DNA of 64,000 bases, taken from IMG/VR virus record IMGVR_UViG_3300017917_003093, positions 2,507-66,506 of that record. The stretch is one strand, 5' to 3'. Shown here in pieces: positions 19,433 through 29,737 of the stretch; position 1 is the first letter of the stretch; each line of letters opens with the position of its first letter. Under the pieces are notes generated by a model. That model searched no databases. It was not told the DNA's origin and saw only the letters and a list, made by a program, of their open reading frames with translations. The DNA is from a virus. Position numbers and translations under genes: made by a program.

Positions 19433-19867
19433 ATGAAAAAAATCTTTACCTTCTTATTTTTAATTCCTTGCTTGGCCGTGGCACAAAAAACACCACAAGG
19501 CGTGACCTATGACGCACAGATTGTTCGAGTGAATGATGGTGACACAGTTGTGATCAGTGCGCCGTTTCTTCCTAAACCGCTAAAGCCAGAACTGGCTGTG
19601 CGTGTGTTTGGTGTAGACACTCCAGAAAAAGGACATCGTGCCCAGTGTGACAGTGAAAACCAGCGTGGTTTGGCCGCCAGCGAATTCACCAAAAACGCTG
19701 TAAAGAGTACTAAGAAGCATCAAGTGATTCTCTACGGCTGGGACAAGTTTGGTGGACGTGTGTTGGGAGACATGATCCTGGACGGTGTGAGCCTGAGACA
19801 AGAACTTATCCGCAACGGCTTTGCCCGTGAATACTACGGCGACGCCAAGCAGAGCTGGTGTCAATAA
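19433..19867 (+). CDS. thermonuclease (SNase-like) with signal peptide
   Basis: RVNDGDT, VRVFGVDTPE, DKFGGRVLG, LIRNGFAREY; N-terminal MKK-hydrophobic-AVA. Confidence 0.9.
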   Translation: MKKIFTFLFLIPCLAVAQKTPQGVTYDAQIVRVNDGDTVVISAPFLPKPLKPELAVRVFGVDTPEKGHRAQCDSENQRGLAASEFTKNAVKSTKKHQVILYGWDKFGGRVLGDMILDGVSLRQELIRNGFAREYYGDAKQSWCQ

Positions 19868-19901
19868 TACATCTACCAAAAAACGTTGGTTAAATAGAAA
19901 C

Positions 19902-21053
19902 ATGGACGATTTCTATTGTGCAGCCCCTTGGCGGGGGTTGCATATCAATCCTCGTGGTGACGTCAAAACCTGTTGTGCAGGTAACCCCAACATGCTGGGC
20001 AATCTCAGCAAAAAAAACATTGAGCAAATACTCAACAGCGATCTCATGGTCGAAGTCCGACAAAGTTTATCTCAAGGTCGTCCACATGCCTATTGTTCCA
20101 ACTGTGTACAAGCCGAAAGATTTGGCGCAGATTCTGAACGACGTTGGCACAACAACGTAAATCCTGATTTTGATTACGCCACTGCCGGCAATAACTATCA
20201 TTATCCTGTGATAGTCGATGTACGCTGGAACACCACATGCAATCTAAGTTGCAACTACTGCGGCGAGTTTTGCAGTTCTAAATGGGCCAGCATCAAAAGC
20301 ATACCATTCAAGTCCGGGGCTAGACCTTACTATGATGCGGTGTGCGACTTTATCGGACAACATCAAGAACACATACATGAAGTGGCTTTAGTAGGCGGAG
20401 AACCATTGTTGTTGCCTGAAAACGAAAGATTGCTGGATGTGATTCCAAAAGATGCCATAGTGACATTGATAACCAATCTCAGTGTGGAGTTGGAACGCAA
20501 TAAAATTTTCCGTAAACTACAAAATCGCAACAAGGTAGGATGGTCATTGAGTTTTGATAACATAGGGGCCAAGTTAGAGTATGTGCGACATGGAGCTCAA
20601 TGGAATCAAATCAAACACAACCTTGAGATCATCAAAGATCTTTTTAAGAATCAAGGACAATGGGGAGGTATACATGCTGTCTATAATCTATACAACGCCA
20701 CTAACTTTTGTGAATTGCGAGAGTTTGCACAACACATGCAGATGACCGTGCTATGGCAAAATCTTTTCCAGCCCGAGTATCTTGATCCTTTTTTGTATGG
20801 AGCCGGTGTAGCAAAACCAGCTATGAACGAAATAGAAAAGTTCTATCGTATGGGCGTGGCTACCACTGCTGAGACTCAGTTTTTTCAAACTGCATTTTCT
20901 ACATATGAGCAAAGACTGGCAACGATTCCTGACAGCAAAATCATCAATGCTTTCCGACAACACATCCAAGATATAGAACAAAAATATCATCCAGATCAAC
21001 AAGGAGTATTTAGAAATCTTTGGCCCGAACTGGCCGATTCCTTGCTTAAATAG
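19902..21053 (+). CDS. radical SAM protein with N-terminal SPASM/twitch-like Cys domain
   Basis: CNLSCNYC, VGGEPLL; N-terminal CAAPW...GDVKTCC...CSNC. Confidence 0.9.
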   Translation: MDDFYCAAPWRGLHINPRGDVKTCCAGNPNMLGNLSKKNIEQILNSDLMVEVRQSLSQGRPHAYCSNCVQAERFGADSERRWHNNVNPDFDYATAGNNYHYPVIVDVRWNTTCNLSCNYCGEFCSSKWASIKSIPFKSGARPYYDAVCDFIGQHQEHIHEVALVGGEPLLLPENERLLDVIPKDAIVTLITNLSVELERNKIFRKLQNRNKVGWSLSFDNIGAKLEYVRHGAQWNQIKHNLEIIKDLFKNQGQWGGIHAVYNLYNATNFCELREFAQHMQMTVLWQNLFQPEYLDPFLYGAGVAKPAMNEIEKFYRMGVATTAETQFFQTAFSTYEQRLATIPDSKIINAFRQHIQDIEQKYHPDQQGVFRNLWPELADSLLK

Positions 21054-21057
21054 TCAC

Positions 21058-22605
21058 ATGGCATTAGAAAGCGTATTGATCAAGGCTCCACATCGTCGTC
21101 AGACATTCACTGACGATCAACTGGCTGAGTTTGTGGCCTGTGCTGATCCTGTGACTGGTCCTATGTATTTTATGGATCGTTTTTTCTACATACAGCATCC
21201 TACCCGCGGCAAGATGCTGTATCATCCTTTTGACTACCAAAAACGCCTGATAGATACCTATCATAACTATCGTTTTTCAATCTCTATGATGCCACGACAA
21301 ACGGGTAAATCTACATCGGCTGCTGGCTATCTACTGTGGTATGCCATGTTTGTGCCAGATAGCACAATCCTGATTGCCGCACACAAATACACAGGTTCAC
21401 AGGAGATCATGCAACGTATCCGTTATGCCTATGAGTTGTGCCCGGATCACATCCGTGCTGGTGTCACAAGTTACAACAAAGGATCAATAGATTTTGAAAA
21501 CGGATCAAGAATAGTTTCGGCTACCACAACAGAAAATACCGGTCGTGGTATGAGTATATCGCTCCTGTACGCAGACGAGTTTGCGTTCGTGCGACCCGGC
21601 ATTGCCAAAGAATTCTGGACTTCTATTTCGCCTACATTGGCCACTGGTGGTAAGGCTATTATTACCAGCACACCCAACTCGGACGAAGATCAGTTTGCAC
21701 TGTTGTGGAAAGGTGCCAACCGATGTGAAGACGAGTATGGCAATCCCACAGATCTAGGTATCAATGGATTCAAGGCCTATCGCAGTTATTGGAACGAACA
21801 TCCAGACCGCGATGAGAAATGGGCAGCAGAACAACAAGCTCAACTAGGCGAAGATCGTTTCCGCAGAGAAATGGGTTGCGAGTTCATTATCAATGACGAA
21901 ACCTTGATAGCTCCGGCCAAGCTTCTAGATCTACGAGGGCACGAACCTCTATATAAAACAGGTCAAGTGCGTTGGTATCAGAAACCTCGAAAGGACCGTA
22001 CCTATGTGGTGGCATTGGATCCTAGTCTGGGCACAGGTGGCGACCCGGCGGCCATACAGGTATTTGAAGCCACTACCACTGAACAAGTGGCCGAGTGGCG
22101 GCATAACAAGACCACCATACCGGAACAAATCCGAATACTGGCTGACATCTGCACGCATCTCAATGACACTGTAGATGACCCACAAAAAATCTACTACAGT
22201 CTTGAAAACAACACCATAGGCGAGGCTGCGTTGATATCTATAGCAGAATATGGAGAAGAACGCATACAAGGATATTTCCTCAGTGAGCGCGGCAAAAATC
22301 GTCGAGGGTTCAACACCACTAACAAGCCTAAACTCCAGGCCTGCAACAAGCTAAAGACCTTGATTGAACTGGGACGTATGAAAATACGCAGCGCTAGCCT
22401 AGTCAGTGAGTTAAAAACTTTTGTAGCACATGGCGTGGGCTACGCTGCCAAGCCCGGCGAAACCGATGATCTAGTCATGAGTACTATTCTAGTGGTGCGC
22501 ATGTTGCAGGAACTACAGAGCTATGACAGCGATATCAATAATCAACTGCGCGATCACGGCGATGTGATTATACCGCCCATGCCCTTTATAGCAGTCATGC
22601 GCTAA
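21058..22605 (+). CDS. gp17: terminase large subunit
   Basis: PRQTGKST Walker A, LLYADEFAF Walker B, ITSTPN, ALDPSLG, DDLVMS. Confidence 0.95.
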   Translation: MALESVLIKAPHRRQTFTDDQLAEFVACADPVTGPMYFMDRFFYIQHPTRGKMLYHPFDYQKRLIDTYHNYRFSISMMPRQTGKSTSAAGYLLWYAMFVPDSTILIAAHKYTGSQEIMQRIRYAYELCPDHIRAGVTSYNKGSIDFENGSRIVSATTTENTGRGMSISLLYADEFAFVRPGIAKEFWTSISPTLATGGKAIITSTPNSDEDQFALLWKGANRCEDEYGNPTDLGINGFKAYRSYWNEHPDRDEKWAAEQQAQLGEDRFRREMGCEFIINDETLIAPAKLLDLRGHEPLYKTGQVRWYQKPRKDRTYVVALDPSLGTGGDPAAIQVFEATTTEQVAEWRHNKTTIPEQIRILADICTHLNDTVDDPQKIYYSLENNTIGEAALISIAEYGEERIQGYFLSERGKNRRGFNTTNKPKLQACNKLKTLIELGRMKIRSASLVSELKTFVAHGVGYAAKPGETDDLVMSTILVVRMLQELQSYDSDINNQLRDHGDVIIPPMPFIAVMR

Positions 22606-22615
22606 ATAATGTATT

Positions 22616-25237
22616 ATGTCTAATATAACCCCCGCTCGTAAACTGTTTGATCTGCTAATCAGCCGTGATTTTGATCCAGAAATGCTGGATTCTGCAGGCC
22701 GTGCCGCTGAAGATCCCAGTGACACCGAAATATTCAGTTTTGATTTCCGTGCAGAATCCGGAAGAGACTACGGAACCGTGGTCATAATGCTGGGCAATGA
22801 CAACAATCTCGAAGTGTATTGTTCCGACAATGTAGGACGAAACATGGAGGGGTCCGACAAAGATAACTGGTTTGATTTTCTAGCACAACTCAAACACTTC
22901 GCCACCAAGAACTTTATGGAGTTTGGCATCAAAAATCTCAATCGTTTACGTTACAGCATGCAAGGTCAAGCCGCCATCAAAGAAGGTCTGCTGGAATCCT
23001 GGGCCGGGCGACGTGACGTAAGCTGGAATGCAGGACCCAACGAAAGCCGACTCATGATACGTCACAAACGTGCTCTAGGAGAAGGTGAAGCTAGATTCCG
23101 TTATGTAGAAAGCCTGTTTATTGAAACAGCCGAAGGCGAACGCTACAAGTTACCATTCCGTAATCTCACAGCCGGCAAGGCCATGTTAGAACATGTACGA
23201 GCTGGGGGTCGACCCTATGATGATCGAGGACAACACATCGCAGAGATGGTGCAAGAACTTGGAGTGTTGGGTAGATTCCGTAGAGCCAATCAAGGTCGAT
23301 TGCTAGAAGGTGATACCGCGGCATTGGTAGAAAAAACTGAAATTTACCACGAGACCCTGAAAAAAAATCTCAAGAGCCTGACCACTCGCACCGGTTATAA
23401 AAACTATTTTGAAAACTGGAATCCTGAAACACTCACAGAAGAATCTGCGGTGATTGACGGACTCAAGCATTTGTTTGTCACACAAAGTATCGATCAGAGG
23501 ATTGAAGATGCATTGCCACTGATTGCTCGAATCCAACAACAGGAAAACGTCATGAAAGAAGCTGAAATATTTGAATCCTGGGCTGATCAGCTCATGGAAG
23601 GAACTTGGCAAACACCAGACACCCCGGAAAAACAAACAAGGTTAGTAAAGTTACTGAGCACGGATCTTCCAGTGGGTGCCGATGCTACCAATGCTACAGA
23701 ACAACTGTATGATTTATTAGGCGATGACATTCTGTTTGATCAGTTGCACGACCTTGCTGCCAGCGATGCCAATGCAGATGCACGCCAGATTGTTTTGAAT
23801 CGCATGCAAGAATTGTCTGATAATCCCGATGTGTTGAAAGTGATTACCGATCTCAACATCGACGCCACTGCCACAATGAATCCTCCTGAACAGACACCAG
23901 CTGATCTAGAACCCACAGACGAAGCTGTAAAAGATCCTCGCACACAAACCGAAGATCCTGCTGGCACGAAAGAAAAAGCCTATCCAGAATATGCTCAAGA
24001 TCTGACCAACATACTCCGACACGCCGGCGTTCCGGCCAAAGAACGTGCGGCTCCTGACTATGAACCAGAATTAGACGAAGGCATCTTGTCCGGCAAAGAT
24101 CTACCTTGGCAACAACCAGGACAATCAGCACTGACCAAAACCATGGTCAAGGACTATGAAAAAGACATAGTCAAGCCTGGTCAAGCAGTGTTACAAAAAG
24201 CCAAAGATTTGGCCAAAGAACGTGGTCAGCAAAAAGAAACAGCCAATCCAGGTGTGACACCGGCCGACATAGATGGTGTTCCTAAACAAGAATTAGATGA
24301 ATTCGCTCCTTTGGCTGCTGCTGTTGGAGGTGCACTAGGACGTGCAGTTGTAGGCAGTGCTGTTAAATCTCTCGCAAATAAAATATCTAACAACAACGAA
24401 CTAGATGAAGAATGGTATGCTCATGATTTTGACAACTGGCAACAAGATGCCAATGCTAAAGGATTAGACATCATACATGCTGAAGCTGATGAAACCGGCA
24501 ACAGTCTGCAGGCTTATCATGCTGTGGATAAAAGTGGAGCCATAGTTGGTCACTTTGATGGCAACATTGGTAGCGGTGTGTTAACCAATTCCCCGGAAGA
24601 CTATCAAAAAGCGGTGGCCGTAGATGAAGGATTTAGTCAAAATGCATATGATGCCTACACCAAAGATGTTGTTGATTATCGCTCTGGAGTAGCTGGTGCT
24701 AAAGAATTGTCCAAAATGGCAAATCCGTTGGACGAAGGACGTTGCAACATGACCGAAGCTGGTAAATCCTGCCCAGTGCATGGGTTGGAAGAATGTGGAC
24801 TTGAAGAAGGTTGGAAAGAAAAACTAGCCGCAGCAGGCCTAGCTGGTGCGCTGGCTCTAGGTGCTTCTGGAGCTCAAGCTCGAGTCATGCCGGGGCAAGA
24901 TCCTAACGTCAACCGACTCACAGGAGAACCGATCACACAACAGGCCGCTGACGTTAAGCCTCAAGGATCGTCGCAAGGATTTAGCAAAGAGTATCTGGAA
25001 AAAGCTGCCAACCCGGATCGTGTAGGACGTTTCCTAATCAGTGTGGAACAAGCACAAGAGATGTTGAAACAAATGGACGATGCCTCTACTACCCAGTTGA
25101 AGTTACGACCTTCCATCAAAAGATCTGGCACTCCGGTACAACAAGAAGGCTGGGGCCTTACTGCTGTGCCTACAGCAGAATCCAAAGATCCGGTTTTAGA
25201 AAGGTTTCAACAACTGGCCGCCATAAAATGTAGTTAG
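22616..25237 (+). CDS. large acidic late protein, putative head core polyprotein
   Basis: 873 aa behind TAAATA; C-terminal half made of short modules delimited by LDE/LEE/VDE. Confidence 0.65.
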   Translation: MSNITPARKLFDLLISRDFDPEMLDSAGRAAEDPSDTEIFSFDFRAESGRDYGTVVIMLGNDNNLEVYCSDNVGRNMEGSDKDNWFDFLAQLKHFATKNFMEFGIKNLNRLRYSMQGQAAIKEGLLESWAGRRDVSWNAGPNESRLMIRHKRALGEGEARFRYVESLFIETAEGERYKLPFRNLTAGKAMLEHVRAGGRPYDDRGQHIAEMVQELGVLGRFRRANQGRLLEGDTAALVEKTEIYHETLKKNLKSLTTRTGYKNYFENWNPETLTEESAVIDGLKHLFVTQSIDQRIEDALPLIARIQQQENVMKEAEIFESWADQLMEGTWQTPDTPEKQTRLVKLLSTDLPVGADATNATEQLYDLLGDDILFDQLHDLAASDANADARQIVLNRMQELSDNPDVLKVITDLNIDATATMNPPEQTPADLEPTDEAVKDPRTQTEDPAGTKEKAYPEYAQDLTNILRHAGVPAKERAAPDYEPELDEGILSGKDLPWQQPGQSALTKTMVKDYEKDIVKPGQAVLQKAKDLAKERGQQKETANPGVTPADIDGVPKQELDEFAPLAAAVGGALGRAVVGSAVKSLANKISNNNELDEEWYAHDFDNWQQDANAKGLDIIHAEADETGNSLQAYHAVDKSGAIVGHFDGNIGSGVLTNSPEDYQKAVAVDEGFSQNAYDAYTKDVVDYRSGVAGAKELSKMANPLDEGRCNMTEAGKSCPVHGLEECGLEEGWKEKLAAAGLAGALALGASGAQARVMPGQDPNVNRLTGEPITQQAADVKPQGSSQGFSKEYLEKAANPDRVGRFLISVEQAQEMLKQMDDASTTQLKLRPSIKRSGTPVQQEGWGLTAVPTAESKDPVLERFQQLAAIKCS

Positions 25238-25259
25238 AGCAACCGCGTCATAAATACTC

Positions 25260-25288
25260 TTGACGCTACTCAATCTAGCGTATATACT
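25260..25288 (+). promoter_or_regulatory. sigma70-type promoter of SSB gene (TAAATA also at 25251-25256)
   Basis: TTGACG-N17-TATACT. Confidence 0.75.
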
Positions 25289-25310
25289 GTCATGGTGTAT
25301 GCGCTTTTTT
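25277..25310 (+). terminator. intrinsic terminator-like hairpin overlapping the -10 box
   Basis: AGCGTATATAC-N7-GTGTATGCGCT (with G-U pairs) followed by a T run. Confidence 0.6.
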
Positions 25311-25322
25311 GTTCAGCATCAC

Positions 25323-25382
25323 AGGCAACTAAAATCTAAATCTTTAGATAGGCAACACATAGTAAAACTTTAGAAAGGCAAC
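25323..25382 (+). repeat. three AGGCAAC direct repeats in SSB leader
   Basis: 25323, 25350 and 25376; the last two extend to TTTAGAWAGGCAAC. Confidence 0.85.
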
Positions 25383-25388
25383 TTAACT

Positions 25389-26381
25389 ATGGCATCTTTA
25401 CAAGAAATTCGCGCAAGACTAGCCGCTAGCGAATCCAAACAAGGCGGACAATCCACAGGCGGTGACAACTCGATTTATCCACATTGGAACATGGACGAAG
25501 GCCAAAGTGCCACTCTGCGTTTCTTGCCTGATGGTAATTCAAAGAACACATTCTTTTGGCAAGAACGTGCTATGATTCGCTTGCCATTCAATGGCATCAA
25601 AGGTGAAGCAGACTCCAAACAAGTCTATGTTCAAGTGCCATGCATGGAAATGTGGCAAGAGACTTGCCCAGTGCTCACAGAAGTGCGTACTTGGTTCAAA
25701 GACAAGAGCTTGGAAGAAATGGGTCGTAAGTATTGGAAAAAACGCAGCTACATTTTCCAAGGCTTTGTGCGTGAGAATCCACTCAGCGACGACAAGACTC
25801 CAGAAAATCCCATCCGCAGATTCATCATTGGTCCTCAGATCTTTACTTTGATCAAATCTGCACTCATGGATCCTGAGCTGGAAGAATTGCCAACTGACTT
25901 GCAACGTGGGTTGGACTTCCGCATTACCAAGACTTCAAAAGGTGGTTATGCTGACTACAATACCAGCAAGTGGGCCCGCAAAGAAACTGCACTCACTGAA
26001 GCCGAACAGGCCGCTGTAGACAAGCATGGTCTATTTGACTTGAGCACATTTTTACCCAAGAAACCAACCGAAGCCGAAGTCAAGGTCATCAAAGAAATGT
26101 TTGAAGCATCAGTTGACGGACAGAGCTATGACACCGAACGTTGGGGACAGTACTTCCGCCCAGCAGGGGTCAATGCACCGGCAGGTGGTTCTACTACAAC
26201 AAATTTTGTTGATGGGCACGGCGATGTACGTGAAGTTGCCAAAGCCGCACCGGCTCCTGTTAGCTCGTTTGACGACGAAGATGATGCTCCGGTTGCAGCC
26301 TCCGCACCAGTTGAGGCCAAACCAGCTACTCAGAATGCCAATGACATTCTGGCCATGATCCGCGCAAGACAGAAGCAGTAA
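25389..26381 (+). CDS. gp32: single-stranded DNA-binding protein
   Basis: ATLRFLPD, VPCMEMW..TCP, DFRITKT..GGYADY..SKW; acidic tail; upstream of UvsX. Confidence 0.9.
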   Translation: MASLQEIRARLAASESKQGGQSTGGDNSIYPHWNMDEGQSATLRFLPDGNSKNTFFWQERAMIRLPFNGIKGEADSKQVYVQVPCMEMWQETCPVLTEVRTWFKDKSLEEMGRKYWKKRSYIFQGFVRENPLSDDKTPENPIRRFIIGPQIFTLIKSALMDPELEELPTDLQRGLDFRITKTSKGGYADYNTSKWARKETALTEAEQAAVDKHGLFDLSTFLPKKPTEAEVKVIKEMFEASVDGQSYDTERWGQYFRPAGVNAPAGGSTTTNFVDGHGDVREVAKAAPAPVSSFDDEDDAPVAASAPVEAKPATQNANDILAMIRARQKQ

Positions 26382-26390
26382 TCGTTGAAC

Positions 26391-26421
26391 AAAAGGGCAA
26401 GGGTAACACCTTGCCTTTTTT
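26391..26421 (+). terminator. intrinsic terminator after SSB
   Basis: GGCAAGG-GTAACA-CCTTGCC followed by a T run. Confidence 0.8.
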
Positions 26422-26425
26422 CACT

Positions 26426-27220
26426 ATGGCAAAACTTGTCTGGAAAAAAACCGGCGATTTCATTGACTTGGTTCCTGTAGACCCCGAGGTCTACGTATAC
26501 TTTGTTGAAAACTTGGATCGCACAGGTCAAAATCATTACAGCCTTCCGGAGATGTATCTGGATACTCTGGCAAATGACTTGATCAACGATCTGACCACTG
26601 TGGATACATTTTTTCAATCCAAGTTTGATATAGAACCCTGGATAACACACAGCATCGATCCACTGGACCAGACACAGTTGAATCATTTCCATAGAGTCTG
26701 GGTAGATCTGCATCTGCGATATCCTAATGTTGCAGTATTGAGTGACAAGATCATGCCAGGCATGGCACAACGATTGCACAATATTAACAAACTGATACAC
26801 AAGTTAGAAGAAAGTTTTGATTGGTTAGATTGCAAAACTCCAAGTCCTACAACGAATTTTCCAAATCCATTTGGAGCTCGAATATTGGATTTTGGCACGG
26901 CATCGATACAGATCGATTACAACAATCTAGGAAGAACCACCTATAACAAATGGAGAAACTTTGACACCGATGTAGCTGGCACCGATACCAATGATTTCAA
27001 AGAACTCTATACCTGTATCATAGTGTCTTTGAAACGACCCAGCAGAGCATCGGCACCAAAAGAATATGTGACCTGGGCTGATCGGCATAATATACAACCA
27101 CATGGTAGCACATTGAATCTAGCACAGTTTGACAAACTGGAAGAAAATTTGCTAACATATAGAAAACTGATTTACAAGAATTCTCGCATCACAGAAAATT
27201 ATTTTACTCTAAAGGAATAG
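26426..27220 (+). CDS. hypothetical protein (His-motif family, see 41277)
   Basis: ATG 26426; QLNHFH...INKLIHKLE...YNNLGRT. Confidence 0.7.
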   Translation: MAKLVWKKTGDFIDLVPVDPEVYVYFVENLDRTGQNHYSLPEMYLDTLANDLINDLTTVDTFFQSKFDIEPWITHSIDPLDQTQLNHFHRVWVDLHLRYPNVAVLSDKIMPGMAQRLHNINKLIHKLEESFDWLDCKTPSPTTNFPNPFGARILDFGTASIQIDYNNLGRTTYNKWRNFDTDVAGTDTNDFKELYTCIIVSLKRPSRASAPKEYVTWADRHNIQPHGSTLNLAQFDKLEENLLTYRKLIYKNSRITENYFTLKE

Positions 27221-27225
27221 ACAAC

Positions 27226-28281
27226 ATGGGCAAGCCATTTGACGTATCAAAGTTCCGTAAGGAAATCACCAAGAGCATCGACGGATTGTCGATCGGTTTT
27301 AATGATCCCACCGACTGGATCTCAACCGGAAACTACGCACTCAACTACCTAATCTCAGGAGACTTCAACAAAGGCATTCCGCTAGGCAAGGTTACTGTGT
27401 TTGCCGGCGAGTCGGGCGCAGGCAAGAGCTACATCTGCTCTGGCAATATCGCTCGTAATGCACAACAACAAGGTATCTTTGTTGTGTTGATTGACACAGA
27501 AAATGCTCTCGACGAAGACTGGCTCAAGGCCTTGGGTGTGGATACCAGCGAAAGCAAACTGCTCAAGATCAGCATGGCCATGATCGACGATGTGGCTAAG
27601 ACCATTTCAACGTTTATGGCTGACTACAAGGCCTTGCCCGACGGTGAGCGTCCCAAGGTCATGTTTATCATCGACAGTTTGGGCATGTTGTTGACACCCA
27701 CAGATGTAAACCAGTTTGATGCAGGCGAAATGAAAGGCGACTTGGGTCGCAAACCCAAAGCACTCACAGCGTTGGTGCGTAACTGTGTAAACATGTTTGG
27801 TAGCTATAACGTGGGCCTAGTATGTACCAATCATACCTATGCCAGCCAAGACATGTTTGATCCTGACGACAAGATCTCAGGCGGACAGGGCTTTATCTAC
27901 GCTTCAAGTATTGTGGTGGCCATGAAGAAAATGAAACTCAAAGAAGACGAGGATGGCAACAAGATTTCAGAAGTCATGGGCATCCGTGCCGGCTGTAAAG
28001 TCATGAAAACACGCTATGCCAAGCCTTTTGAAGGTGTACAGGTCAAGATTCCTTATGAAACAGGCATGAACCCCTATTCAGGGTTAGTTGACTTGGCAGA
28101 GAAAAAAGGTCTGTTGAAAAAAGATGGCAATCGTTTGATGTTTGTGACCAGCGATGGTGAGATCATCAAACAGTTCCGCAAAGCCTGGGAAAGCAACGAA
28201 GAAGGATGTTTAGACAAGCTCATGGCTGACTTTGCGAATCAAAAAGAAACGGTAAGTACTGAAGAAAACGCGGAGGAATAA
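27226..28281 (+). CDS. uvsX: RecA-like recombinase
   Basis: GESGAGKS, IDTENA, IIDSLG, NHTY, SGGQG motifs. Confidence 0.95.
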   Translation: MGKPFDVSKFRKEITKSIDGLSIGFNDPTDWISTGNYALNYLISGDFNKGIPLGKVTVFAGESGAGKSYICSGNIARNAQQQGIFVVLIDTENALDEDWLKALGVDTSESKLLKISMAMIDDVAKTISTFMADYKALPDGERPKVMFIIDSLGMLLTPTDVNQFDAGEMKGDLGRKPKALTALVRNCVNMFGSYNVGLVCTNHTYASQDMFDPDDKISGGQGFIYASSIVVAMKKMKLKEDEDGNKISEVMGIRAGCKVMKTRYAKPFEGVQVKIPYETGMNPYSGLVDLAEKKGLLKKDGNRLMFVTSDGEIIKQFRKAWESNEEGCLDKLMADFANQKETVSTEENAEE

Positions 28282-28284
28282 CGG

Positions 28285-28536
28285 ATGTCGACAGATTTAA
28301 GTCAAGAGATTTGGGATGAGTTAAAACGCTATATCAATCCACAGGATCGGTCTGAAGCAGCAGAAACTTTGGTCAGTGTGTTGATCGACAATGATGTAGA
28401 TGCCGATGAGATCAAAGATGTGTTCAAAACAGATCCTGAGGTAAAACGTGCATTGACCAGCTACCTCAAAGATCATGAAGAAGCCGATGAGGAAGAAGAG
28501 TACGAAGAAGATTTTGACGAGGACGACGATTACTGA
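28285..28536 (+). CDS. small acidic hypothetical protein
   Basis: GGAGG SD; D/E-rich tail. Confidence 0.75.
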   Translation: MSTDLSQEIWDELKRYINPQDRSEAAETLVSVLIDNDVDADEIKDVFKTDPEVKRALTSYLKDHEEADEEEEYEEDFDEDDDY

Positions 28537-28988
28537 TGTGGTACAGCAAGGTCGTAGCTGATCTAGGAAACATACCAGACTTCATAGCACACTATGAGCG
28601 TGAGCTTGACGCGGCCAAACTTGAATGCCGCATTGGCGGGCTGATTGAGAAAAACATCACAGCGTTGCCCGGTATTACAGAACATCGTTTCAATCAACTG
28701 CAAGAGATTGAAGCGGTTTTGAACTATCTCAATATACAACTCAGAAAAATACGCCGCAAGCACTTCCAGAAATATTTAGAAGGTTACGCTCGAGCTCTAG
28801 CCAGCCGAGATGCTGAAAAATATGTGGATGGCGAAGACGAAGTCATTGATTTTGAAACCATAATCAACGAAGTAGCTCTACTACGTAATCGCTGGCTGGG
28901 TATCATGAAAGGTCTGGATACCAAACAGTGGCAAATGGGGCATGTGGTGCGTTTGCGCACAGCAGGTATGGAAGACATACAGGTATGA
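28536..28988 (+). CDS. uvsY: recombination mediator UvsY-like
   Basis: 150-aa helical protein, KYVDGEDEV...KGLDTKQWQM; follows uvsX. Confidence 0.75.
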   Translation: MWYSKVVADLGNIPDFIAHYERELDAAKLECRIGGLIEKNITALPGITEHRFNQLQEIEAVLNYLNIQLRKIRRKHFQKYLEGYARALASRDAEKYVDGEDEVIDFETIINEVALLRNRWLGIMKGLDTKQWQMGHVVRLRTAGMEDIQV

Positions 28989-29737
28989 AATTCATACGAC
29001 CCGGCGACAGCCATCGTCATAGTCTACAAACTCTCAATCAACTGTATGAGTATGATGATTTTATGGCCAGCATCCGTAGCATGGTTGATCTAGGGTGTGG
29101 TGATGGCGAAGATCTTGAATGGTGGGCCACAAGAACCACACGTGATGATTCACCTGAACCTTTGAACATACGTTGCACTGGTGTTGATCTAAGATCGACA
29201 CTGCCCATTATCCAACCCTATCTTAATGCCACCTATGTATCACAGAACTTTGAAGATGTTATAATACCGCATCCGGGCGGGTTTGATGTATTGTGGTGTC
29301 ATGATGCTTTTCAGTATGCTATCAATCCCATAGAAACTCTCAGTCGTTGGTGGCATATGACCAGTGAAGGTGGTATGTTGGCCTTGGTCATTCCTATTAC
29401 ACAGTCGGTACATCATCGACAGATTTCTTATGTGCTACCCAGCGGTTGCTATTATCATCATACCATGGTCAGCCTGATCTACATGTTGGCCACATCTGGC
29501 TGGAACTGTTCTCAAGGGTTCTTCAAACAAGAGCCTACAGATCCATGGATCCATGCAGTAGTATACAAAAGCAACATTGAACCCATGAGACCACAAGAAA
29601 TCACATGGCATCGCTTGTCTGAACTAGGATTATTGCCAGAATCTGCACAGGCCAGTGTGTACGCACACAACGCTTTAAGGCAACAGGATCTGGTGGTGCC
29701 TTGGATTGATCACAGTTTCCGCAGCATGGCCTTATGA
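28985..29737 (+). CDS. class I SAM-dependent methyltransferase
   Basis: MVDLGCGDG motif I, FDVLWCHDAFQY, GGMLAL. Confidence 0.8.
   Translation: MKFIRPGDSHRHSLQTLNQLYEYDDFMASIRSMVDLGCGDGEDLEWWATRTTRDDSPEPLNIRCTGVDLRSTLPIIQPYLNATYVSQNFEDVIIPHPGGFDVLWCHDAFQYAINPIETLSRWWHMTSEGGMLALVIPITQSVHHRQISYVLPSGCYYHHTMVSLIYMLATSGWNCSQGFFKQEPTDPWIHAVVYKSNIEPMRPQEITWHRLSELGLLPESAQASVYAHNALRQQDLVVPWIDHSFRSMAL

Noticed and set aside
28253-28258. TAAGTA as a variant late promoter inside the uvsX 3' end
   Set aside because: Single mismatch instance; not distinguishable from chance without TSS data
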